Positions 20,094-30,500 of a stretch of DNA of 64,000 nucleotides are shown here, piece by piece; the first letter of the stretch is position 1, and every line of letters starts with the position of its first letter. The stretch is from Alphaproteobacteria bacterium (GTDB taxonomy: Bacteria > Pseudomonadota > Alphaproteobacteria > Rickettsiales > UBA8987), in NCBI GenBank assembly GCA_031426355.1, contig JANPLD010000045.1, forward strand, positions 11,121 through 75,120, given 5' to 3'. The translations under genes and the position numbers were made by a program. The notes beneath the pieces were generated by a model. That model was not told the DNA's origin, searched no databases, and saw only the letters and a list, made by a program, of their open reading frames with translations.

Positions 20094-20132
20094 GGGGTCG
20101 TAGCTCAGCCGGATAGAGCGGCGGTTTCCTAA
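20094..20132 (+). mobile_element. Site C: 5' half of tRNA-Arg(CCU), GGGGTCG allele (attL-like)
   Basis: GGGGTCGTAGCTCAGCCGGATAGAGCGGCGGTTTCCTAA, then non-tRNA sequence. Confidence 0.9.
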
Positions 20133-20249
20133 TCAGTGAGTCCAGAAAGTTAGGATTTTTGGATTATCCAATAATAATAAAGGCTTATCCTTCACATCAT
20201 CATCACCATATTAGGCAATTTTTCAATTAGTAACTCTATAGTAACTTTT
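20133..20249 (+). repeat. Arm X, diverged copy of 35527-35642 (inverted); TAGTAAC at 20228 and 20239
   Basis: Both start TCAGTGAGTCCA and end TTAGTAACTCTATAGTAACTTTT; many substitutions in between. Confidence 0.9.
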
Positions 20250-20445
20250 GAGATAAGATTTCAAATTAGAGCTTAACTCTATAAGCAGATTATTATGACA
20301 TAATTCTTGCAAAATTTCCTTTAACACGCAAAAGCCACTCATTGATAAATCTGGAGTAATAATATGTTATACCGATAGCTAAGCCATCGTTTTTATAGCA
20401 CAAAAATCACTACGTTTCAATATATTAAGGCACCAAGGTTAAATA

Positions 20446-20460
20446 TTAACCTTTAATTAA
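20446..20460. promoter_or_regulatory. CtrA-type box TTAA-N7-TTAA
   Basis: TTAAcctttaaTTAA upstream of ATG 20497. Confidence 0.4.
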
Positions 20461-20496
20461 TGATTGTGTGCTAACATAATTATATACAATATATTA

Positions 20497-21646
20497 ATGC
20501 AATTAATCATTATGCCAGAAGAGTATAAATATATTTTTGATGACTCGGGAAAGTTTACCAGAATTAGAATTCCTTTAAAAGAAGGAGAAAAGAGCTATGG
20601 GTCTATAGTAATACAAAAGATGGATCTGAAATAACCTGGTTTAATTTTGCTTATCCTAATGATAGGCTACTTATTTTAACTACTGAAGAAATTCAAAACA
20701 AAGAAGAGCCTTATTATTCGCAAGGAATAAAATCCTTTAATGAAACCTTTCCAAAAATAGAATTAGATTATGATAAATTGGAGCATGTCTTTTATACAAA
20801 AATAGAAGTTGTTACGCCTGAATTAGTAGATGCTATGTATATAAATCAAGGACTAGGTAATACGGGGATCTATCAAGAATCCAGAGAAAAATATTATCAT
20901 AAAGCAAATTATGCCAGTAAAGAGTCCAGATCAGGGGAAATGGATTTTATTAATTCTGAAAAATATACAAACTTATCAAAAGATGTTTTTGATAGAAAAG
21001 AAGATGTAAACGAAGATTTTAATTCGCCAAAACTATATGTAACGATAAGTGATAAATATAAATTGGCTCATAATCCAACTAATTTTGGAAACTTCTTATG
21101 GGGAGGAGCAACTCAGGTCTTAGGATTGGGGATGGAGCTATTTATATTGGTTCCAATTATGATGGGTTTCGTAACAATAAAGAATTAGATTCAACAGATG
21201 ATCAATTATCAATTAAGGCTGGAAGAGAATATTTCCAAAGTAAAATTGGCGATAAAGCAGGAACTTTAGGTAATGATGTATTGTTAATAAATAGAGCTCA
21301 GAAAATCTATGCAAACTGTGCGTTTGGTAACTATATAAACAATGGGACTTTAAAAGATCCTAATTATAAAGTTGAAGATCCTGATATGCTGATAAAAAAT
21401 TTTGAACTTGAAAAAATGAACTCAAGTTTGAATGAAGCTATATATGCTTATGAAAGATTAAAAAAGGATAATCCTAAAATGGCAGAATCTCTTAAAGATG
21501 AGATGGGATTTCTCCTAGAGATTACTAAAGATATTAAAAAAAATAAAATAAAACTTGCAGATGTTGTTGATGGAAATTTACTAAATCAACATTATTCACA
21601 AACTAAAATTTTAGAGCAATCTTTAGGGTTAGGGCCTAGTAAATAA
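20497..21646 (+). pseudogene. Doubly frameshifted gene with toxin-44-like NFGNFLWG segment
   Basis: Three successive frames (20497-20634, open frame 20568-21188, 21098-21646); HNPTNFGNFLWGGATQVLGL resembles polymorphic toxin 44 RNase. Confidence 0.5.
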
Positions 21647-21915
21647 TTTAATTTACATTGGTAATTAAAGCCAGCCAGGCTCAAATTGTTAGATTGCAAT
21701 GCAGCATGCATACCTAAAATATGAATTATAAAAGTTAATGAAGTTAAATTTAGCTATATTCCAATTTTTCCTTCAAATACTCTGCAACCTACTAAAGCTC
21801 TACTTAATTAAAGACCACTCTGAATGATGTAAATAAAGTTAAAATTCCTATTTTTCCATGCAACTTAACAGTCCTAGTATTTATTGCTTGCTACGCTTAC
21901 ATGTACTAATAATAT

Positions 21916-22818
21916 ATGTTATATATGAAAACAGGAAAAATACATAACTACAATACAAAAAAAGGTTTTACTCTCGTAGAATTAGCAATAGTACTGGTTA
22001 TAATTGGTTTGCTTGTAGGTGGCGTACTCCAAGGTCAGGAATTGATAAAGCAGGCGCAGATCAGAAGCGTTATTTCTCAGATGTCGGAATATGACACTGC
22101 GGTAAATACCTTCCGTGCAAAATATCAACAGATGCCCGGAGATATAAATCGTGCGGCCGCTTATGGTCTTAATTGTCCCGACATTGGTGCACCATGTACG
22201 GCAGGAACTGAAAACATGTCAGCTTTTGTAAGTGATTTCCCTTTGATTCCAGATGGCTCTCAAGGTAACGGTGATGCAGATGGAAGCTTGGAAACATCTA
22301 ATAATGCTGCGACTAGTAATGCAAGATTTTCTTATTATTCTGGTGAAATAGCAAATTTCTGGGTGCATCTTTCCAATACCTTATTAATAAAAGGTGGTTT
22401 TACGCAAACTGATGATTGTGTAACCTGCGGCGTATCCCCAGAAATAAACTTCCCACCTGCTGCAGTAGGTAAAGGTATGATAGCTCTAACGGAAGGTGGT
22501 CGAATATATTATGTGCTTGGAACCTCAGGTAACTATACTACTGTTGCTTTTGCTGCAGCATCTGGTTCACCTGGAACTCTTGTCACTGATGACCTTACCC
22601 CTGACGAAGCATTCGCATTTGATTCGAAATTGGATGACGGGGCTGCAAAAACAGGTGTAGTACAAACAGTATATAGATGGAATGAGAATCCTCCATACGG
22701 ATTATTTACCCCTGTAACAGGCGGCACCGCAGTTACTGATTGCCATACCACCACTGGTGTATACAATCTTACAAATGATAGCAATTTATGCACACTTAAA
22801 GTTAGAGCTTCAAGCTGA
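21916..22818 (+). CDS. Prepilin-type N-terminal cleavage/methylation protein (pseudopilin-like)
   Basis: KKG|FTLVELAIVLVIIGLLVGGVL class III signal; PGD and D-x-KLDDG motifs. Confidence 0.9.
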   Translation: MLYMKTGKIHNYNTKKGFTLVELAIVLVIIGLLVGGVLQGQELIKQAQIRSVISQMSEYDTAVNTFRAKYQQMPGDINRAAAYGLNCPDIGAPCTAGTENMSAFVSDFPLIPDGSQGNGDADGSLETSNNAATSNARFSYYSGEIANFWVHLSNTLLIKGGFTQTDDCVTCGVSPEINFPPAAVGKGMIALTEGGRIYYVLGTSGNYTTVAFAAASGSPGTLVTDDLTPDEAFAFDSKLDDGAAKTGVVQTVYRWNENPPYGLFTPVTGGTAVTDCHTTTGVYNLTNDSNLCTLKVRASS

Positions 22819-23010
22819 TTATAACTTAATTCCTTCTTTCAGATAATCTGCAACTTTCTGTTGCTGAACGCTCAGGTGCTTAAGGTCTTGTTTAATATAC
22901 CTAGCAGTAACGGTACTTTTTTGCTGGGGGCTGATTTGCTAGCACCTCAATATCGTAGGTGATAACCCTGCGCTGTTGGCATCAGTAGTGTATGTATCCC
23001 TTATTAGCCA
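22819..23010 (-). pseudogene. Tyrosine integrase C-terminal relic 1 (frameshifted)
   Basis: Across two frameshifts: LIRDTYTTDANSAGLSP-YDIEVLANQPPAK-STVTARYIKQDLKHLSVQQQKVADYL; homologous to 24482-24626. Confidence 0.7.
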
Positions 23011-23036
23011 CTAATTATGTAGCAACTTGGACTAGT

Positions 23037-24266
23037 TCAAGATAACTGAGTAGTTAAACCAGCTCTATATTGCACTACCGGACTGGACGTAGGTGTTAGA
23101 TCTCCAATTCTGTCATTAGTTGGCTCTGGTTCACTTAATCCATTACCCATAATTTTTTTTAATTTACTGCTAACTTCATTAAAAGTTCTTTCATCTGCGG
23201 AACGCAACTCCTTGGTAAACTGGTTGAACAATCTGAGATTTTTGTTAAAAGTAGCCTGCGCTTCTCCATCAAGGGGTCTTCCCTGAAGTATATAATTAAG
23301 GTTATCATTCATCATTTGCATACCTTGCATCGCTTCACGAATATCACTTTCATTTTTAGGTGCTTTTTCAGGATTTTCTTCAGGAATTTTTATTTTTGGT
23401 ATTTTTTTATCTGTAATTATTTCAGCAGGCCTAGTTTCTTGAGTAGGTTGAACTTCTGTGGGCTTTTTATCATCGTATATATCTACAAGAGTTATTGGCA
23501 CTTTATCTTTAGTCTTTTCAGGAGTTTTTACTTCTACCACCTCTTCTTTCTTTTCAAATTTTTTTAAAGGTGGAATTTTTACTTTATCAAATTTTAACAT
23601 CTTAAATATTTTCGGGTCATCACTTATGCCAATTTTATTGAATGTAACTGAATAGTTAAATCCCGCATCACCAGCATCCACAATATAAGCCTCGGGAGTT
23701 GGTGTATAAATAATTGAATTTTTGTCAAGAACATCCGACTCAAAGGGTCTCCCAATATAATTGCCTCCAGGACTAAATACGTGTATTTCTGGAACATAAG
23801 GATATTTATTTAATTTATCATCGTATTTTTTGATAAAGAAAATTTTAGACGAATTAGCGGTTATTAATGAATAAAGCTCGTTAAGCGGCTTTGTGTCATA
23901 AGCTGATTTATCATCATTCATTAAGGTACTAAAATAATCAATACTTGGCCAGAACTCTGGATCAATATTAAGACTTGCATACTTTTGCATGTCTGCACCA
24001 TTTGAATTCGTCAGCTCAATAAGCTGGTTTGCGTTAAGTATTTGGTAAGATTTTTTTATTTCCTTGTAGGCTTTAAAATCTTTTTTTAACTGGTTTAAAG
24101 CAAATTGAGCATCATCATCAAATTTTCCATCCTGCTCAATAGCACCACCTTTTTTTCCTTTATAACCGAAAGTATTTAATACATATTGCAGCCTTAATAT
24201 ATCTGCAGTTGTTGTAGATGGATCTGTAAAATCCTTTTTTCTGATTTCATTAAAATATTTTTCCAT
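23037..24266 (-). CDS. Hypothetical protein with N-terminal peptidoglycan-binding-like domain
   Basis: DILRLQYVLNTFGY...DGKFDDDAQFALNQLKKDF resembles PG_binding_1; Pro/Glu/Lys-rich linker. Confidence 0.55.
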   Translation of the reverse strand: MEKYFNEIRKKDFTDPSTTTADILRLQYVLNTFGYKGKKGGAIEQDGKFDDDAQFALNQLKKDFKAYKEIKKSYQILNANQLIELTNSNGADMQKYASLNIDPEFWPSIDYFSTLMNDDKSAYDTKPLNELYSLITANSSKIFFIKKYDDKLNKYPYVPEIHVFSPGGNYIGRPFESDVLDKNSIIYTPTPEAYIVDAGDAGFNYSVTFNKIGISDDPKIFKMLKFDKVKIPPLKKFEKKEEVVEVKTPEKTKDKVPITLVDIYDDKKPTEVQPTQETRPAEIITDKKIPKIKIPEENPEKAPKNESDIREAMQGMQMMNDNLNYILQGRPLDGEAQATFNKNLRLFNQFTKELRSADERTFNEVSSKLKKIMGNGLSEPEPTNDRIGDLTPTSSPVVQYRAGLTTQLS

Positions 24267-24366
24267 AAGACACCCTGTTGCATTTTTGCAAAGATACCAC
24301 CTAACCTTTGGACTTCAAGCGTTATTTTATGATTTCAACACAACCTTAGGTTGTAATAACTTTTAA

Positions 24367-24382
24367 TTAGGAAACCGACGCT
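24367..24382 (-). mobile_element. Site I: 16-nt relic of a tRNA-Arg 5' half ending at the anticodon loop
   Basis: Minus strand AGCGTCGGTTTCCTAA, identical to site G over 16 nt. Confidence 0.7.
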
Positions 24383-24480
24383 GAATATTGCCGGTTGATC
24401 CGAATCGGAATATCAGCATCATCTATAGCCTCAACTGCGGGATAATCCCTCTTGGCATGAGTTTTATGTTCAATTATGAG
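24383..24480 (-). pseudogene. Second PLD/Nuc nuclease relic
   Basis: Translates ...EAIDDADIPIRINRQYS; 12 of 14 residues identical to DDAGIPIRINRKYS of 19840-20067; fused to site I. Confidence 0.8.
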
Positions 24481-24481
24481 C

Positions 24482-24626
24482 TTATATTTTAGTTCTCTCT
24501 TTCAAATAATCGGCAACTTTCTGTTGCTGTACGCTCAGGTGCTTAAGGTCTTGCTTTATGTATCCGGCAGTAACAGTGCTTTTTGCCGGACGGTGATTGG
24601 TTAGCACTTCTATATTGCTCCAGTCC
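24482..24626 (-). pseudogene. Tyrosine integrase C-terminal relic 2
   Basis: NIEVLTNHRPAKSTVTAGYIKQDLKHLSVQQQKVADYLKERTKI*, with the NH...VTxGY catalytic His/Tyr pattern. Confidence 0.75.
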
Positions 24627-24639
24627 TTTTTAACCTCAA

Positions 24640-24658
24640 CCTTACTAGGGCCTTATTT
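24640..24658. repeat. Orphan CCTTACTA arm pair
   Basis: CCTTACTAGGGCCTTATTT, same as the outer end of arm W at 27481. Confidence 0.75.
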
Positions 24659-24692
24659 TTTTCATACTCTTGTCACTAGAATGATATAGATA

Positions 24693-25145
24693 TCATCTGG
24701 CAATAAGCGATATTATATCCAGGATAATCCTGGTTTTATCTGATAATAACAGAACGTCATTACCCACCATTCCATAATATGCGTTTGCGGGCGGAGGTGG
24801 GAGCTGGGCTAATAATCCATTAGGTAACCTTCCCCAGGTTATATCTGAGGTGAGTGGCTGGCCCACTACTAATTTCTTATATTGCCCGGGAGGCATGCAT
24901 AATGGATTTTTCTTCGCTAATCCAGGAGGGCATTTTTTAACCTGAACATTATTATTATTCAGGTAAGTTACTATTATATCCCGGTCATGGGAACTGAATT
25001 TTGCCGGTCTGTCAGCGTGATGTTTTTCATGGGAATGCTTATTCTTGCCATTATTCCCGTGCTTTTCATTCTTACTATATGCAGGGTTAAAAGATAATGT
25101 AGCCAAAGCAACGGCTGCGATCATTTTTATACTAAGATTTTTCAT
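24693..25145 (-). CDS. RcnB-like periplasmic protein
   Basis: Signal peptide, His-rich N-terminus, CPPGLAKKNPLCMPPGQ, LPPPP...YGMVGNDVLL. Confidence 0.7.
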   Translation of the reverse strand: MKNLSIKMIAAVALATLSFNPAYSKNEKHGNNGKNKHSHEKHHADRPAKFSSHDRDIIVTYLNNNNVQVKKCPPGLAKKNPLCMPPGQYKKLVVGQPLTSDITWGRLPNGLLAQLPPPPANAYYGMVGNDVLLLSDKTRIILDIISLIAR

Positions 25146-25183
25146 ATGTTTACTTTGACTGTAGTGATTAATACTAAGATAAA

Positions 25184-25843
25184 TTAGTTTATAGGGCTTA
25201 TTTTTACTTCAACACGTCTGTTCTGGGCACGTCCGGATTCTGTGTTATTACTTGCTATAGGCTCACTTTCACCCCTACCATTTACATATAAACGATTAGA
25301 ATCAACACCATTGCTTATCAACATGGATGTAACTGCCTGAGCACGCTTTTCGGATAACGTTTTATTATAAGAATCATTTCCTACATTATCCGTATGCCCT
25401 AAAACTTCTACATTAGTTTGTGGATATTGGTTTAAAATATGAGCTATATCACTTAGGGTGCCATTAAATTCAGGGCGAACTGAACTGCTGTCAAACCCGA
25501 ATGTTATACTGTTAGGCATGTTTAATAGAATATCATTGCCGTCTCGGCGAACATCAACTCCCGATCCTGCTAATTCCTGGCGCATTGCATTTTCCTGGCG
25601 ATCCATATATTGTCCTATACCACCTCCTGCTAAGGCCCCAATTCCAGCGCCTATTGCACCACGCTCAAGCCTGTCTTTGGAATCTTCTCCAGTAAGGGCT
25701 CCTGCCGCACCACCTATTAAAGCACCCAGCCCTGCACCTTTATATGTTTTCTGGTTTTGTTGGTATCCCGGCCCTTGTTGGCATGAGGCCAATATACCTG
25801 AGCATATAATGGCTGAGAGTGTAATTGATGAAATACGGATCAT
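25184..25843 (-). CDS. OmpA-family lipoprotein (YiaD-like) with glycine zipper
   Basis: Lipobox LASC; GAGIGALAGGGIG; GHTDNVG, LSEKRA, NRRVEV. Confidence 0.92.
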   Translation of the reverse strand: MIRISSITLSAIICSGILASCQQGPGYQQNQKTYKGAGLGALIGGAAGALTGEDSKDRLERGAIGAGIGALAGGGIGQYMDRQENAMRQELAGSGVDVRRDGNDILLNMPNSITFGFDSSSVRPEFNGTLSDIAHILNQYPQTNVEVLGHTDNVGNDSYNKTLSEKRAQAVTSMLISNGVDSNRLYVNGRGESEPIASNNTESGRAQNRRVEVKISPIN

Positions 25844-26025
25844 GTGGGACGCCTTTAATGTTAATTATTAAACATAAATGCGCACGTATTATATAAAGAT
25901 TCCATTATTAATAGAAATTAAGAAACTGTTACACTACCGATTAAATAAATATGAAGAAAGATTTTGCTTATGGATCGCTATAATAAATAGCAGAGCGTTG
26001 AGGAACGCTCTGCTATTTGTGCGTA

Positions 26026-26481
26026 TTAGAAGCGGCCTTTTTCATTATTTCTATCATTAACCTTGTCATGGTTGCGGTTATCAGAATGCTCTTTATTATT
26101 TTTAACTCTGGAAGAGCTATCCATATCATCATCGTCAGCTAGAGTCGCACGTGCAGAAGTGCTGGATGATGTTCCGGTGTCACCGCTAGTTGAGTCACCT
26201 TTAGCGCTACTCGCACCTGTTGTCGAATTAACATCCGTTCCAACGTTGGTGTTTACACCGGTACGGGCTGTATTTGAGCCTGTCCTAATACCGCCATTGA
26301 TACGTATATTGTCACCTGTAGTAACTCCACTATTTAACCTGGTATCAACGCCCGTATTTACACCAGTTGTCGTGTTAGTTGTTGAAGTGGCACTAGTACT
26401 TTTATCAGCAGCAATTGCCGCATCAAAGGAAGTTAGCGCTGTAGTAACAGCTAAGGCTAAAGCTATAAATTTAATTTTCAT
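26026..26481 (-). CDS. Secreted low-complexity T/G/S-rich protein
   Basis: Signal peptide; repeated TGV(N/D)T units. Confidence 0.55.
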   Translation of the reverse strand: MKIKFIALALAVTTALTSFDAAIAADKSTSATSTTNTTTGVNTGVDTRLNSGVTTGDNIRINGGIRTGSNTARTGVNTNVGTDVNSTTGASSAKGDSTSGDTGTSSSTSARATLADDDDMDSSSRVKNNKEHSDNRNHDKVNDRNNEKGRF

Positions 26482-26631
26482 ATATCCTCTCAGATTAGTT
26501 AACCCCTATAATCACAAAATGCCTAATTATATTTATATAAATTATCTATGTGGTTATCTGCAGAAATAATAAAATTACTTAACAGTCTTTTGCATTGATA
26601 GTTTGTTATTATAACGAATTGCCTGATGATA

Positions 26632-27125
26632 TTATATCATCCCCACCACCAACAGCAAACCAATGGCCAGCAAGAGAACAGCAATTATCCTCTGAATTGA
26701 TGGTATGGTAATTTTCTTCAGGTAATACTTACCCATAATCGCTCCAGCAAATGCTGAGATACAGACAAGTGTGATTAATAAACTATTTCCCTTCTCCGCA
26801 ATTACTGAAAAGCTCAGCCCGTATATTATTATTCTGGCTATATCAACCAGTGCGGCAATAGCAGAATTGGTTGCTACAAAAGCATTTTTATCAAGATTCA
26901 GATGAACCAGGAATATACTTCTAAAGGCTCCCTGATGTCCTGATAACCCTCAGAAGAAACCACTTAATGCACCACCAGCAGGAAGCCATTATCTTGTGGA
27001 TAACAAACTTATTCTGAACCAACATGAACTCTGCTATGGCAAAGGCTACCAGTAATATCCCAACAAGCAGCTTAACTATAGTAATCTCAGCATTAACTCC
27101 TAAAAGAGAATAACCATAGGCTTTA
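26632..27125 (-). pseudogene. TauE/SafE (TSUP) membrane transporter fragment with frameshift and in-frame stop
   Basis: WLPAGGALSGFF*GLSGHQGAFRSIFL...FVATNSAIAALVDIAR; not in the ORF track. Confidence 0.75.
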
Positions 27126-27314
27126 TCAATATGGGCAATTTCTGTTAAGACATGTGAAAAACATAGGCCGGAACAATTGCCAATAATAAATTATATTAGT
27201 GGTGGCCTTGAAAACCCTATAATACGAAAAGAGGTATGCCTGATACTTGAAGGTGGCGAAATTGCATTTAGAGAAATAGCAAAACGCTTGAGAGTAAATT
27301 TTACATAGATTATT

Positions 27315-27359
27315 TGGTGGGAACGAGATGATTCGAACATCCGGCCTACGGTTTAGGAA
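27315..27359 (-). mobile_element. Site D: 3' half of tRNA-Arg(CCU), CGTTCCC allele (attR-like)
   Basis: Identical to 33133-33177 and 34131-34175, inverted. Confidence 0.92.
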
Positions 27360-27499
27360 AGCCAAGCCTCTGATTTTAAAAGCTTATATGGTCTTTTTAA
27401 ACTGTAACTCCAAACGGAGTTTAAACCAAAAAATCTCCAAATCTTGTTTTATACAATACTAGCCCTTTTTTAAACCGCAACCTTACTAGGGCCTTACTA
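27360..27499. repeat. Arm W; CCTTACTA at 27481 and 27492; diverged inverted copy of 33992-34130
   Basis: CCAAGCCTCTGATTTTAAAAGCTTATATGG...AAACCGCA(A/G)CCTTACTA shared, with scattered substitutions. Confidence 0.92.
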
Positions 27500-27562
27500 A
27501 TTGCAACTGAATTTAAGCTACGAAATATTATCTGCTGAACCTGTTTTGATCAAAATTAAATA

Positions 27563-30500
27563 TCATGTCATTTCAGTTTTGGTTAGCCAGTAATTTATTT
27601 TCTCTATAACGTTTTCTTTTTTGACGGGTTTATTCAGATAATCATCCATGGCAGATTTCAGGCATTTCTCCTTGTCACCCTGCATGGCATCAGCGGTTAT
27701 AGCAATAATAGGTATGTGTTTTTTGTTACCTCTATTTTCCTCTATTTGCCGTATTTTTTCCGTTGCTTCAAAGCCATCCATTTCGGGCATCTGGCAATCC
27801 ATAAGAATGAGATCATAATTAAATTTATTGAACATATCTATTGCCTCGATACCATTTGCGGCTGAATCTGCTCTGCACCCAAGTGTCTTTAGGAAGTTCA
27901 TTATCAGCATGAGGTTAACTTTCATGTCTTCGACCACTAATATGCGGTATCTGGAGTAATCTATATCAGTATTATTTTTTGTTATATTGCTGCGTTTATT
28001 ATTACGCCTTATATCTTCTATATGTTGTCTGGTAAGAAATCTTATTTTGCAATTATTTTTTCTTGAATCTACCAGAAGTGAGATCATATCTTTTAAATGT
28101 ACCGGTTGCAAAGGCTTTAACAGGAATCCCTTAAACCCTGCTTTTTCCATATCACTGTAAGACCTGTATTTTTCAGATGAAAGTGTTGAGGTAAATAATA
28201 TCATTATTAAATTTTTTGCCCATTCTTGTGATGCTATAAGCTCTGCAAGTTTTGAGCCGTTCATGTCTGAAAGTTCATAATCTATTATCGCAACATCATA
28301 AGGCTTGCCGTCGCTAGCAGCTTTTTGCAAGGCATTCCACACTTCTTCGCCTTCCGCGAATATATCGAAATTGGTTTTAAGATTTGTAAAGAGATTGGTA
28401 AGTATCTCACGATTTGGTTTATAATCATCTACAGCTGCTATTCTGATCTTGGAGAAATCAACCTCGGGAATTGAAGTGATCTCCTGAGCTTCACCTTTTT
28501 CTAGAGTTATGTCCAAATAAAAAGCAGAACCCTGATTGATAGCACTTCTTACTCCGATATTACCGTTCATCATTTCCACGAGTTTTTTGCTTATAGAAAG
28601 GCCAAGTCCGGTGCCGCCGAATTTTCTGGTAGTAGATTCCTCTGCCTGCGCGAATTTATTGAAAATATATTCAAGTTTATCTTCTGGAATACCAATACCT
28701 GTATCCTCTATTTCAAAAAATAACCTTATCTTATTTTCTTTCCTTTCACTTCTTACCCGGAGTAACACATGTCCTTTGGAAGTGAATTTGATAGCATTTC
28801 CTGCAAGGTTAAGGATTATTTGCCTCAAACGTCCCGGGTCACCTATATAATATTCTGGTATATCAGGGGAATAATCTACCAGAAGCTCTATTTCTTTTTC
28901 CTTCGATTTAAGCAGAAGCATATCCATAACATCATCAATGACTGAACTTAGAGAAAAGTTTATATTATCAAGTTTCAGTTCACCGGCTTCGATTTTTGAG
29001 AAATCCAGTATGTCGTTAATTATATCAAGTAAGTTCTCTGAGGATTTTCTTACTATACTTGCCCAGCCTTGCTGTTCCTTATTAAGTTCAGTATCAAGCA
29101 GAAGGTTTGTCATACCCAATATGCCGTTCATGGGTGTTCTTATCTCATGGCTCATACTTGCTAGAAAGTCTGATTTTGCCTGATTTGCCGATTCGGCAAT
29201 CGTTTTCATCTTTTTGAGGTTATCTTTTGATTGCTCACGTTCTATAACCTGTACCAGCTGGTTTGCCGCATCCTTCATTATATCAAGCAATTCCTGAGCA
29301 GGCTCATCAATATGCGGGGAGAAGAATTCAAATACATATTCTACATTACCATTTATAATTACCGGACATGCAAGTCCTGACTTAACCCCAAGTGATAACG
29401 CCATTTTTGCCCGAGGGAAATTAGGGTCTTTGGTTACATCCGGTATCCATAAAGTGTCATGTTTTTGCCAGACTCTTCCGGGTAGCCCTTCTCCTTTTGA
29501 GAATTCTTTTGCCTCTGATATTTCCCTGAAAGTTCTATAATATTCTTTATTTTCCTTAAACCAAATACCGGTGGAACGAAGTAATTCTTTTTCATGGTCC
29601 AGAATGTAAGCATGGCCAACCGGCCATTTCATGAATTCACACAGGTTTTTAATAATATCCCTTATTGCTTCCTCAACATTTGAGGCAAGGTTAGCAGTTG
29701 TTGCAATGCTACGTAAAAGGGCAACTATCTTTGCTTCTTTTTCGGTACGCTTTTTTGCCTGTAATGCAAGTTTTTCTGCCTGTTCTTTTTTTGTAAGATT
29801 TCGATAGAGGAAGATAAAAATAATTATCAATCCTAATAGGGCGACAATACTGGAGTAAAGAACCAAAGAGCGTTTAAGCCTATGATTTGCCATGCGTTCC
29901 TTAAGAAGTTTGAGGAACATTTCTGCAGTTTCATCATAAAGGATTTCATATAAATTGATAGTATCGCTGGCTATCTTAAACATTTCAGAGGATGACAGAG
30001 TTTTTTTGTTCCTGAAAAATATCTGGTCAAAATAGCCAAGTAATTCTTTCAGTTTAGGTTCTATCATTTTGTTATGATAGTTAATGAACTGCAAGGTGTC
30101 TTTATTTGCCACGGATGCACGTTCCAGCGCATTTTTAAGCTCACCTTCAAGAACTATCAGGCGGTTATATAATAACTGTAAATCCCTTATATCCCGTTTT
30201 TTCCAGTTATTTGGTTGTTTGCCTGAAGCAAGTAAACCTGTGGTAATACCACGTAACCTTCCCATAGTTTCCATTAGCTTAGGGGTAATATTTACTGAAG
30301 CAGTTGAAAGATAATCACCGACCAATTGCGGATCGTTGGAAAGGTTAGCGTTATCTGCAAGGTCTTCCATAAAATGGAGGAGGGAATCTATAGTTTTGGT
30401 ATAATGTCTGAATTCCTCTATTGCTGTATGATTATCTTTTTTATTTAATAATAGCAGAACATTATTTTTTAGATTTTTCCAATTAGTGCTTACTAGTAAT

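Noticed and set aside
27126-27365. 79-aa minus-strand ORF
   Set aside because: Runs through tRNA half D and has a Cys/Phe/Tyr-rich non-protein-like composition; spurious
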